A DNA stretch of 63,809 nucleotides, the filler included, from Guillardia theta CCMP2712 (taxonomy: Eukaryota > Protista > Cryptophyta), in assembly GCF_000315625.1 (NCBI RefSeq). It is 5 parts of 5 records of this genome, joined end to end, with 100 filler letters (N's around TTAATTAATTAA, not from the genome) between each part and the next. Parts side by side here need not be neighbours in the genome. Positions count along the whole stretch, not along the records: positions 47,940 to 60,557 come from NW_005434423.1; positions 60,658 to 62,683 come from NW_005434027.1; positions 62,784 to 63,809 come from NW_005434023.1; 2 more parts are not named here. One strand, 5' to 3'. Of the stretch, positions 54,901-63,809 are shown piece by piece. The notes below the pieces were generated by a model. That model ran no database searches. It saw nothing but the letters and a program-made list of their open reading frames with translations, and was not told the DNA's origin. The stretch's first letter is position 1. The number at the start of each line of letters is the position of its first letter. A program made the position numbers and the translations under genes.

Positions 54901-57900
54901 CCTTAGTTTCGCCTTTTGACGTTAACGGAATCGTAATAATAAATCCACTGTAGGCATCGACCACGACCAAGAAGTAACGAAATCTTCCTGGCTCCGAGAC
55001 TGTCCCCATGTCCTTCAAATCCACATTCCACTGGCTATTAATCCTTTCGGCTCTGTCTTGTCGGTAACCGCCTTGGGTTTTGATAGGTAGCTTTGAGAAT
55101 TTGCTGGTTTGACAAACATGACAAGGACCTGCTGTGCGATGGGTTGGACTGTATGTCACTTTGTTGTTCCCCCCTTTTGCCAACATCCTTTGAACTCTGC
55201 CTGACGTATGCCCAAGTCTCCAGTGCCACAGAATGGTTGGAATTGGGTTGAATGGGGAGGCTGGAATGTCCTTGCTGCTCAAGGATTTCAGTGATACCTT
55301 GTCTTCTTCAGCAGTGGAGGGCTCTGCTGCACACTTTGTCAGTAGGGCCGCTGCCTCAGTATTACGGCTGCTTGACTGTGCTGCGATGACAAGTGAGTGT
55401 CGAGACTTATCAACTGCTGCTTTAAGCACATAGATTCCCTCCCAAAGGTGTACAGGTAACAGTAAGTTATCTGGCATACGAACCCAAGATCCAGTTGACT
55501 TCCCTGACAGTTCCACAGTTGTCTCTTCTCCAAGAAATTGACTCATTGAAAAGATGGTGAGCGGAGTCTCCGCACAGACCATTGCTGTGATTACGAATGT
55601 ATGTGCGATAGTAACATTTCCATTGCTTGTAATTGCACATTGCACTCTCATTTCTCCTTCTTCCTCGCACGTGAATGTCTCCCCGCTGGCTGTGCTGACA
55701 ACAGTGGCTTGTAGACTTTTACGCACATTCGTCAATAGAGATCTGTCACCGCAGAGACTGATATTAGCTCCGGTATCGAGTAGCATATGGTGACAACCCG
55801 GTAAGTGTACGTTCAGGAACGCCTTAGCTCTGAGCAATTTTTCGATATCAAGGCAGACGTGCACCCTGCGCATAACTCGTCGTACATGAATGTCACCTGA
55901 TTGAAATGGATTATCTGTATCTGAGGCTTCCTGACAAGAATCCACTTCTTCTCGTTCGCCAAGCCTCTGGCTCACATTTCTTGTTCTCCTATCCGAGGTT
56001 GCTGGTGCCTGACCTATCAAGGCCACATCGTCCACTGCCGATCGACCATCTGTCAGGTACAGGACCCTCCTCTCATTTGCATGAGGAGCGGCTTGTCTCC
56101 GCGACACTGATACTTCTGTCCGGCTGGAATGATCAGGAGCAAGTCTCTCCATCAGTCGGTCTGTCAAAATATCGAGTTTTTCCTCCAGCAATGCAACACG
56201 ACTGTTGTCATACATACGAGTCCCGGGATCGTGCCTCATGCCCCTAGTCGCATGTCCAGGCCCGTGTCCCCTCTGTCTCCTTCTTTGCCACGAATCTCCC
56301 GAGCTGCCCGCAGTGCCGCCTGCTGCTCGTCCTACAACCGAGTCCTCCTGCTCTTCGTCAGATTGCACCCGAGGCTGGTGATCGTCACGGTGCGGGATCA
56401 GAGGGCCCGTCCAGTGCTCTCGTCGTCCTCTGCGACCTGGTTGCATCCGCCCTCGTCCCCCACGATTGGCTCCCTTCCCTCTTGGATTGAAGCGACCTCT
56501 CCCATCGTGTTGCCTGTATGATGGAGCTCCTTCGCAGCTGCCGTTGCCTTCTTCTCGCGTCTGCAACGCTTGCTGTTCTTGCGATCTGCCGCGTGAGGGA
56601 TTTCGCCATTGTCCTCGCCGATGAGTGTTACCATGGGCCTGCCAGGGAGAATGATCAGGGGCTTGTTGCTGATCATACCGGATCGGATTGCCATCCGGGA
56701 GTGACTGCGAGTCACGCCATCCTCCGCCGCGCGAGTCCGAACCACGATGTCTACCATGCTGGAATCCTCGTCCCGGTTCATGGTTATTCCTGCCATGTCG
56801 AGCACCACTTGATCCTGGCTCTGACGATGGATGATCGGAATGTTTGGTGGCCCCTGTTTGAGCATGGCCCAAGTTGGCAGTCTTATGACGCAGTGTCGGC
56901 CCTTCATACTGTCTTCGCGCCTTGTGCTCGGCGTAGATATTAGAAATTCTGCGCTGAACTTCCGACATGGTTATCAATCTTCCCTCAGCAGCCTGTATCC
57001 TCCCCAAGAAAGATACTTCGTCGATCTTCGACGTCTTACATTTGCCCAGAAGACTCCGCACTAATTCCTTTTCCAAGTCAACAACTTCTTGAGTGCCACC
57101 CGTCGAGATTGCTTCTTTCCTTTTCAACTGCTTGAGGAGGGAGCAAACCTCTAGGGGGATGTCAAGCAGTTTCTCGAAGTCATCAACTTCAGCCTCCGAG
57201 ACTAGACTCTTGACGCGGTCAATCAGATTTCTCGGTGCTGTACGGTTCCTGAATTGAAGTGATATCCAATATTTCACATAAGAGAATCCGAGGTATCCAG
57301 ACAGAGGATAATCTTCTTGCCCCGACAGTCGTAATGCTCTAGGAAAGATCTCCGTCAGTCGATTTTTGAAGAACTGATTGATTTCTTCCGTAATCTCCAT
57401 CACGTCTTTGTATAGGGCCGCAATGCCCTGTACTGTTTTATCATTTGTCAAATCCCAAGGTAATCTCTGCCTCAGTCTTGCCCTTCTGCTTTCCCCGCTA
57501 GCAGTGACTTCTGCATCGATTAACCACTGGTAGTTTTCTTGGTCCTCAGGCTCCTGTGACTCCTCCTGGAACTCGTCGAAACATCTCTTCAGATCGGTTA
57601 CAGTTGCCTCTACTCGCTTGATGGACTTGAACGGCCAGTTTTTCCTGAGAAAAACTCCCACGACGATTCCTTTCCATTCGATTGTCGTGTAAAACTTTCC
57701 TTCGTCATCATCGAAATCTACATGCTCTTCCCAAGACGTAAGACTCTTCTCCAGCCTGGAACCCAAGTTTACACCGTCTTCTTCGGTGATCGGGAACAAT
57801 GACAAGATATTCATGAACACGTCTCGTAGTCCTGGCCTGACTCGTTCGAGAGTTGTAAAAAACGGATTGAGCGTACCCCACATTTCCTCCTCCGTTTTGA

Positions 57901-58000
57901 AAACATTGTTGCCCGAATTATCCTTCAGCTTAGTCAGGTCAATGCTTGTTTTTGAGAACGCTTCATGAATTTCCATTGCCATTTTGATATCAGAACCCAT
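51974..58000 (-). CDS. Copia gag-pol polyprotein, 2008 aa, uninterrupted
   Basis: Protease LLDTGA; LWHWRLGH..CHVC zinc domain; integrase VD..SDNGSEF..NGRAER; RT KARLV, DISTAFLN, KSLYGL, FVDD; RNase H SDSTW, SSTEAE, VDN, ADILTK. Confidence 0.98.
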   Translation of the reverse strand: MGSDIKMAMEIHEAFSKTSIDLTKLKDNSGNNVFKTEEEMWGTLNPFFTTLERVRPGLRDVFMNILSLFPITEEDGVNLGSRLEKSLTSWEEHVDFDDDEGKFYTTIEWKGIVVGVFLRKNWPFKSIKRVEATVTDLKRCFDEFQEESQEPEDQENYQWLIDAEVTASGESRRARLRQRLPWDLTNDKTVQGIAALYKDVMEITEEINQFFKNRLTEIFPRALRLSGQEDYPLSGYLGFSYVKYWISLQFRNRTAPRNLIDRVKSLVSEAEVDDFEKLLDIPLEVCSLLKQLKRKEAISTGGTQEVVDLEKELVRSLLGKCKTSKIDEVSFLGRIQAAEGRLITMSEVQRRISNIYAEHKARRQYEGPTLRHKTANLGHAQTGATKHSDHPSSEPGSSGARHGRNNHEPGRGFQHGRHRGSDSRGGGWRDSQSLPDGNPIRYDQQQAPDHSPWQAHGNTHRRGQWRNPSRGRSQEQQALQTREEGNGSCEGAPSYRQHDGRGRFNPRGKGANRGGRGRMQPGRRGRREHWTGPLIPHRDDHQPRVQSDEEQEDSVVGRAAGGTAGSSGDSWQRRRQRGHGPGHATRGMRHDPGTRMYDNSRVALLEEKLDILTDRLMERLAPDHSSRTEVSVSRRQAAPHANERRVLYLTDGRSAVDDVALIGQAPATSDRRTRNVSQRLGEREEVDSCQEASDTDNPFQSGDIHVRRVMRRVHVCLDIEKLLRAKAFLNVHLPGCHHMLLDTGANISLCGDRSLLTNVRKSLQATVVSTASGETFTCEEEGEMRVQCAITSNGNVTIAHTFVITAMVCAETPLTIFSMSQFLGEETTVELSGKSTGSWVRMPDNLLLPVHLWEGIYVLKAAVDKSRHSLVIAAQSSSRNTEAAALLTKCAAEPSTAEEDKVSLKSLSSKDIPASPFNPIPTILWHWRLGHTSGRVQRMLAKGGNNKVTYSPTHRTAGPCHVCQTSKFSKLPIKTQGGYRQDRAERINSQWNVDLKDMGTVSEPGRFRYFLVVVDAYSGFIITIPLTSKGETKEVMQSLILQEERSGRPAVITVVSDNGSEFANLQLQSFVKMKGIIWNFTPDYTSAANGRAERAIRTVTTIHRAISYQAQVPQRFWHFSVQQATLIFNSLPNLTNRDGLSPWQLYQGREFDYDKLKVFGCTVFVANEEKLKNDMPAITAVNLGNSEAHMGYQPGYLVFNPATNKVIHTRQARFDETFFHFRRTSRLHLPPGQEYVGLREVDEHCSTQNDHGATSSEASDGSMAESSEDDGHDADWQPEQSADQKLSTTTGESVLGSEDGEVGRKRTRSDFRSDRTLMERQYVNRKVTYGTRAATITQIVFRNGAFYLKIKYDDSDNDWIIVPTTDPKLRLTSERVNLVTMIRSRRSGSQSTLTGMFNQSRTAETAYSFCARGISQPAEDDSNQTNVGPEQASHSKMLTAYMCKFMDVSEAQGNTVQLLQTSAADNSASSRIDTTGRIQAPKTRKQMLLSAERHQWLQAELKELNSMKEKGVWEEVDYPSNRKAKIAPFQWVYTLKYNTEGEIAKFKARLVILGNLVPTDGPVYAPTSDFQNVRLICAIAAGNAWLLTMRDISTAFLNADIDEEIYMLPPEQLALPRGRLLRLKKSLYGLSTSPRSWFKCFTKTLKKMGCRLVGVDEVLFVYENASGHRIIGTIFVDDILLASQSEAILSEFLLKLSDHFEFSESPQATGTFLGVKITQDLAKGTVELNQTHFIHQIVERFEIPQKSVRSVLPHDYVSSYHLEDDLVLNEKQIRLYQALLGSLLYLTAATRPDICFAVSLLSRFAKRPRVSDVKAVIHLTQYVYNTREQSLTFSQSGTFFNQQHYHNTLIAASDSTWGTDPITRRSQGGIVISFNGGPVNFSSKLQKVVSLSSTEAELYSCSNCAKAIRTLRSILLELGFVQRDPTIILVDNAAVIHLLRDRRAFSKLKHIAIRHRFTLQMVDENEIIAVKIATTYNPADILTKICPVSKIRQLASFLFGNDMSQVSV

Positions 58001-58109
58001 GTTTGACTCCAGGCTCAGCTGTTACTACCGTTGTCACTCCACAGATACTCTCCAGCTGATGTCAATCCGAATGTGAGAGTAAGAGTCCACTGGTTGCCGT
58101 GATACAAGG

Positions 58110-58161
58110 TTTCTCGAGAAATAGAATATCTAGGCACTGATATTCTAAAATTTTTAGAATA
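58110..58161 (-). other. Palindromic leader at the PBS position (no TGG tRNA-3'-end PBS)
   Basis: The minus strand after the LTR reads TATTCTAAAA-A-TTTTAGAATA-TCAGTGCCTA-GATATTCTA-TTTCTCGAGAAA. Confidence 0.85.
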
Positions 58162-59085
58162 TGTTGAAGTTCCCAGTAACCTTCTCTCCACAGACGGTGA
58201 CACAGTCACAGTAGCAGTGACACCCGAAGTAGACAGTGATAGCACCGACTGCAAGTTTCTGTAGCAGTGGTAATAGATATCACGAATGGTGGCCGCGCAG
58301 GAATGATATCAGGATACAGAGAACAAACGGAGGTGATAAGAGATTGGTATAGATGGTCAAGCTTGTTTACTTCAAGCAATCCAGTCTCACAGAGACTATA
58401 CACCTCGTTCTCCTTTCCCTGTCCTGCCAATGCGTGCGGCCCTTCTTCCTCTTCCTCGGTCCCTAAAATAGGGGCTGCCCGGTCCTAGGAACTACCACTA
58501 CCGGTACTCTACGCTTCTTATCTGCGATATGATTCTTCGACCGGTCCGAGGCCTGGTTCCGTACCTTGAGGGTCCCCTGAGAAAGAGTCATAGGCTTGAC
58601 ATGACGAGGTCTTCGATTCTCATCCAATGCTCTCTGTGAAGTTGATGTAGCTGCTCCCTTGACCTTGACAGGTCCTGTGTCTCCGTAGGAGCATGCTTGG
58701 AGGTGGTCTCGTGCATTCCTTGTATGTCCTCCGCTAAGATGATCATGATAGTACTGTCTTCTTTGATCAGACCCCTTGTTCTCCCATGTCCATGACTTCA
58801 GGGGTGATGCTTCCAATCTCCCCTTGAGCGTAGCCATATCCTACCACCGTGTCATCTGCTGTCCTGTCGTGGATTGGTATAAGCTGACTCGCTTATCTCC
58901 TGCTGCCATCCACGAGTCCTAGGCTCTTGCTGTCTTCTTCATGATTCTCCTACGTCGTCCTTATTGTAGCTGTTGCTGTCCTCTCCAGGGACGCATTCCG
59001 AGGCTCTAAGCATCTGTGCACTTGAGCCACGTCGATTACTTGGCATTGTCTGAGGTGAAGCTTCCTCCTATCAGGTGCTTCAACA
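58162..59085 (-). repeat. 5' LTR
   Basis: Direct repeat of 49847-50770. Confidence 0.97.
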
Positions 59086-60522
59086 GTCTACTGACGGGCC
59101 CGGCCGGCAGGATCCGTCGAGAAACAGGGGGGTCAAGGGAGGTTTTCTTCCCCCTGGGAGAAATGTCCTATGGGTTTTNNNNNNNNNNNNNNNNNNNNNN
59201 NNNNNNNNNNNNNNNNNNNNNNNNNNNNNNNNNNNNNNNNNNNNNNNNNNNNNNNNNNNNNNNNNNNNNNNNNNNNNNNNNNNNNNNNNNNNNNNNNNNN
59301 NNNNNNNNNNNNNNNNNNNNNNNNNNNNNNNNNNNNNNNNNNNNNNNNNNNNNNNNNNNNNNNNNNNNNNNNNNNNNNNNNNNNNNNNNNNNNNNNNNNN
59401 NNNNNNNNNNNNNNNNNNNNNNNNNNNNNNNNNNNNNNNNNNNNNNNNNNNNNNNNNNNNNNNNNNNNNNNNNNNNNNNNNNNNNNNNNNNNNNNNNNNN
59501 NNNNNNNNNNNNNNNNNNNNNNNNNNNNNNNNNNNNNNNNNNNNNNNNNNNNNNNNNNNNNNNNNNNNNNNNNNNNNNNNNNNNNNNNNNNNNNNNNNNN
59601 NNNNNNNNNNNNNNNNNNNNNNNNNNNNNNNNNNNNNTGACACGGTCCGCTGATTGCGGACCGGTCACGGCCGCCCGGAGAGATCAGGCCCCCGGTCTGT
59701 GCACTTGAGCCACGTCGATTACTTGGCATTGTCTGAGGTGAAGCTTCCTCCTATCAGGTGCTTCAACAGTCTACTGACGGGCCCGGCCGGCAGGATCCGT
59801 CGAGAAACAGGGGGGTCAAGGGAGGTTTTCTTCCCCCTGGGAGAAATGTCCTATGGGTTTTTGGATCTGCGATATAAAAAAGTCTTGTCTCGGTCACGTG
59901 ATGTGTCACGTGACCGGTCAGGTGAGCCTGTCAGCCGGGTCACGGCCCCTGTCAGCCGGCTGACATGTCACGGGCCTGCTGACACGGTCCGCTGACCGGT
60001 CACGGCCGCCCGGAGAGATCAGGCCCCCGGCCAATCTCCGGACACTTAGCCTCCTGGCGGGCCTCCAGGGGGTCTGAGGCGGGGCTGAAGGCTGCAGTCG
60101 GTCTACTGACCGGCCCGGCCGGCAGGATCCGTCGAGAAACAGGGGGGTCAAGGGAGGTTTTCTTCCCCCTGGGAGAAATGTCCTATGGGTTTTTGGATCT
60201 GCGATATAAAAAAGTCTTGTCTCGGTCACGTGATGTGTCACGTGACCGGTCAGGTGAGCCTGTCAGCCGGGTCACGGCCCCTGTCAGCCGGCTGACATGT
60301 CACGGGCCTGCTGACACGGTCCGCTGACCGGTCACGGCCGCCCGGAGAGATCAGGCCCCCGGCCAATCTCCGGACACTTAGCCTCCTGGCGGGCCTCCAG
60401 GGGGTCTGAGGCGGGGCTGAAGGCTGCAGTCGGTCTACTGACGGGCCCGGCCGGCAGGATCCGTCGAGAAACAGGGGGGTCAAGGGAGGTTTTCTTCCCC
60501 CTGGGAGAAATGTCCTATGGGT
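59086..60522. repeat. ~332-bp satellite, right arm (gapped)
   Basis: Resumes in register after the TSD; unit starts at 60017 and 60349. Confidence 0.95.
59696..59768 (-). mobile_element. 73-bp LTR terminal fragment at the same GTCTA satellite position
   Basis: Identical to 59013-59085 and followed by GTCTACTGACGGG. Confidence 0.7.
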
Positions 60523-61479
60523 TGTCCGTCGGCTAAGATCTGCTTGAATAATAGAACNNNNNNNNNNNNNNNNNNNNNNNNNNNNNNNNNNNNNNNNNNN
60601 NTTAATTAATTAANNNNNNNNNNNNNNNNNNNNNNNNNNNNNNNNNNNNNNNNNNNNTCCCAGCAAGTGCCTTTGCTTCCATTTCCGCATCCAGCCAAGT
60701 AAGTGCCCGGAGGACACTGGATCTCCGAGCATTCGTGACATACTCGATTCGAATANNNNNNNNNNNNNNNNNNNNNNNNNNNNNNNNNNNNNNNNNNNNN
60801 NNNNNNNNNNNNNNNNNNNNNNNNNNNNNNNNNNNNNNNNNNNNNNNNNNNNNNNNNNNNNNNNNNNNNNNNNNNNNNNNNNNNNNNNNNNNNNNNNNNN
60901 NNNNNNNNNNNNNNNNNNNNNNNNNNNNNNNNNNNNNNNNNNNNNNNNNNNNNNNNNNNNNNNNNNNNNNNNNNNNNNNNNNNNNNNNNNNNNNNNNNNN
61001 NNNNNNNNNNNNNNNNNNNNNNNNNNNNNNNNNNNNNNNNNNNNNNNNNNNNNNNNNNNNNNNNNNNNNNNNNNNNNNNNNNNNNNNNNNNNNNNNNNNN
61101 NNNNNNNNNNNNNNNNNNNNNNNNNNNNNNNNNNNNNNNNNNNNNNNNNNNNNNNNNNNNNNNNNNNNNNNNNNNNNNNNNNNNNNNNNNNNNNNNNNNN
61201 NNNNNNNNNNNNNNNNNNNNNNNNNNNNNNNNNNNNNNNNNNNNNNNNNNNNNNNNNNNNNNNNNNNNNNNNNNNNNNNNNNNNNNNNNNNNNNNNNNNN
61301 NNNNNNNNNNNNNNNNNNNNNNNNNNNNNNNNNNNNNNNNNNNNNNNNNNNNNNNNNNNNNNNNCTCTCGGCCCTGCCCTGCCCTATTCCCTCTATCAGC
61401 CCCCTTCCTCGCTTGCCCTTGTTCTTCCGCTCCAAGCCTTTGCCTTCCTCGTCTCTACCCTGCAGCTCCCACTGCTTGC

Positions 61480-62683
61480 TTACCGTTGCTCCGCCCTCCG
61501 CAGCCTGTCAAGTACTCCCCGGCCCTGCAGCTCCCGCACCCTGTGCACGTCCCGTTCGACTGACCCCCGCATCCGGTCAGGTACTCCCCGGCCTTGCACG
61601 CCTCTGCCGGGCACGCCCTGCACTCGCCCTCGCTGCCTCTCCCGCACCCGGCCAGGTACTTGCCGTCCTCGCACGCGATCGCACTGCAGTTGCGACATGT
61701 CGTGTCTGACGTCCCNNNNNNNNNNNNNNNNNNNNNNNNNNNNNNNNNNNNNNNNNNNNNNNNNNNNNNNNNNNNNNNNNNNNNNNNNNNNNNNNNNNNN
61801 NNNNNNNNNNNNNNNNNNNNNNNNNNNNNNNNNNNNNNNNNNNNNNNNNNNNNNNNNNNNNNNNNNNNNNNNNNNNNNNNNNNNNNNNNNNNNNNNNNNN
61901 NNNNNNNNNNNNNNNNNNNNNNNNNNNNNNNNNNNNNNNNNNNNNNNNNNNNNNNNNNNNNNNNNNNNNNNNNNNNNNNNNNNNNNNNNNNNNNAGCTCC
62001 CGCACCCTGTGCACGTCCCGTTCGACTGACCCCCGCACCCGGTCAAGTACTCCCCGGCCATGCACGCCTCTGCCGGGCACGCCCTGCACTCGCCCTCGCT
62101 GCCTCTCCCGCACCCGGCCAGGTACTTGCCGTCCTCGCAAGCGATCGCACTGCAGTTGCGACATGTCGTGTCTGACGTCCCATTACACGGAAAGCTTTCA
62201 AACTGATTATCTGAACAACTTGAGCAAGACGTACATCGACCTGCAGCAAATCCTAAGACAAAACAACAAAAGCAACATTACGAGTACCACTGATAAGAAA
62301 TCCGTGAGGACACAACGAGAAAAACGAGCAGCTCGTCCCGCTATACCCCTCGTAGCAGTCGCACTCCCCCGTCTGCCCGTTGCACCGCCCGTTCCCGCTG
62401 CAGTTCTTGAGCATGTCGCACTCCTCCGTGCAGCTCGCTCCGTACGAGTTCCTCCCGCACACTCCTCCCTCTCCTCCGCCCCCGCCCGTCCCCTCTGAGC
62501 AGCTCGTCCCGCTATACCCCTCGTAGCAGTCGCACTCCCCCGTCTGCCCGTTGCACCGCCCGTTCCCGCTGCAGTTCTTGAGCATGTCGCACTCCTCCGT
62601 GCAGCTCGCTCCGTACGAGTTCCTCCCGCACACTCCTCCTCCTCCTCCTCCCCCGCCCCCGCCCGTCCCCTCTGAGCAGCTCG
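61480..62683 (-). CDS. Fragment of a Cys-rich extracellular protein with tandem EGF-like and TNFR/furin-like repeats
   Basis: CSGNGRCNGQTGECDCYEGYSGTSC occurs in two tandem copies of a 159-bp unit; CRNCSAIACEDGKYLAGCGRGSEGECRAC..GEYLTGCGG is also repeated. Broken by gaps. Confidence 0.75.
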
Positions 62684-63809
62684 NNNNNNNNNNNNNNNNN
62701 NNNNNNNNNNNNNNNNNNNNNNNNNNNTTAATTAATTAANNNNNNNNNNNNNNNNNNNNNNNNNNNNNNNNNNNNNNNNNNNNACTCCTCTCCTCTCCTC
62801 TCCTCTTCTCTCCTCTCCTCTCCTCTCTCCCTTTCTTACCTGAATCCTCACCACTCAACACCTTCAGAAATTCAAGCACAGCCTCTGCAAGATTCAATCG
62901 CTCTATCGAGGTTTTGTTGCAAGAAAGAAGGTCTCTTCTTCCTCTTCTCTCTCCTTCATGTCAACCTCCCTACAGGTCAAGCACCTCAAGCAAGAGTTCG
63001 ACATGGGTTACACTTGGCCGCACATGAAGGTGAATGTCTTTCTCTTCTTCTTATCCCTTGCTTGTTGACAAAACATGTCAGGCTGCTCTCAGAATCCAAG
63101 GACGATTCCGCGGGATCAAAGTGTGTTGATGCTGCACATGATCGTCATCTCCAGCTTCCTCCTCCTTTTTCTCCTTGTCCTTCTCCTCTCTCCTCCTCTC
63201 TCCTCCTCCTCCTCCTCCTCCTCTTTCAGCCTCCTCTTCCTCCTCTTCCTCCTCCTGCTTCTCCTCTTTATTGTTGTCATTGCTGCTGCATTGGTCGTTG
63301 TTGTCACTGTGCCAGGTGTTCTGAGGTGATCAAACAGGCAAGATTGCGGTACAAGTACAAGATGACAGTGATGAAGCAGTGGAAGGTCAGTGACTGAGAG
63401 CTTCTTATTGACGAGTTTGTCTAACATGTCACTTGTTCCTTTCAGAAATTGTCATCTCTCGTGCTGTTGCGAAGTTTTCTGAGGCTGACGGAACTGATCA
63501 AGAGAGCTCTTGCGGTGACTGAATGACTCACTGACTGAGCGATGATGATGATGATGGTGATGGTGGTGGTGATGATGATGGAGATGATGATGATGATGAT
63601 GATGAGGATGAGGATGAGGATGAGGATGAGGATGAGGATGATCATGCTGATGGTGGTGGTGGTGGTGGTGGTGGTGATTATGACGATGAAAAAAAGATGT
63701 GGATGATGAATAACGAAGTGGAAGGGAGGAGCAGGAGGAGGAGATGGGGGAGGGAAGAAATTAGAGAGATGGCGGATAAGCAGGAGGAAGGAAACGAGGA
63801 GGAGGAGGA

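Larger units (their letters stand above)
49847..59085 (-). mobile_element. Full-length Ty1/copia LTR retrotransposon (9239 bp)
   Basis: Two 924-bp LTRs (TGTTGAAG..CTTCAACA), 5-bp TSD GTCTA at 49842-49846 and 59086-59090, a PPT, and a single gag-pol ORF in PR-IN-RT-RH order. Confidence 0.98.

Noticed and set aside
62780-63809. Exon-like fragments at the window end, and at 47940-48560
   Set aside because: Too fragmentary to assign strand, frame or product with support.

Overview
Eukaryotic nuclear DNA from a gapped draft assembly. Bipartite plastid-targeting peptides (signal peptide ending ..A-F / ..A-W) and short introns packed with microsatellites suggest a cryptophyte alga such as Guillardia theta; this is an inference. 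1-25.5 kb holds intron-rich housekeeping genes: an Stm1/SERBP1-like RNA-binding protein, a PsbQ-like lumenal protein, a coiled-coil protein, a CoA synthase whose exons read in frame into an extra C-terminal HD-domain phosphohydrolase, a SERHL-like alpha/beta hydrolase and a plastid aspartokinase-homoserine dehydrogenase. 26.4-40.6 kb is a ~4.2-kb tandem array; each unit is a divergent (inverted) pair of paralogous putative HTH transcription-factor genes, and the array ends in a chimeric copy followed by a decayed RLE-type non-LTR retrotransposon. 43-47.8 kb holds uncharacterised multi-exon gene(s). 48.8-60.5 kb is a palindrome-rich ~332-bp satellite interrupted by an intact, young Ty1/copia element (924-bp LTRs, GTCTA TSD, 2008-aa ORF). 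That element has a hairpin instead of a tRNA primer-binding site and a possible Tudor-like module after integrase. 61.4-62.7 kb encodes Cys-rich/EGF repeats. Exon coordinates were read by eye and many repeats are broken by N gaps.
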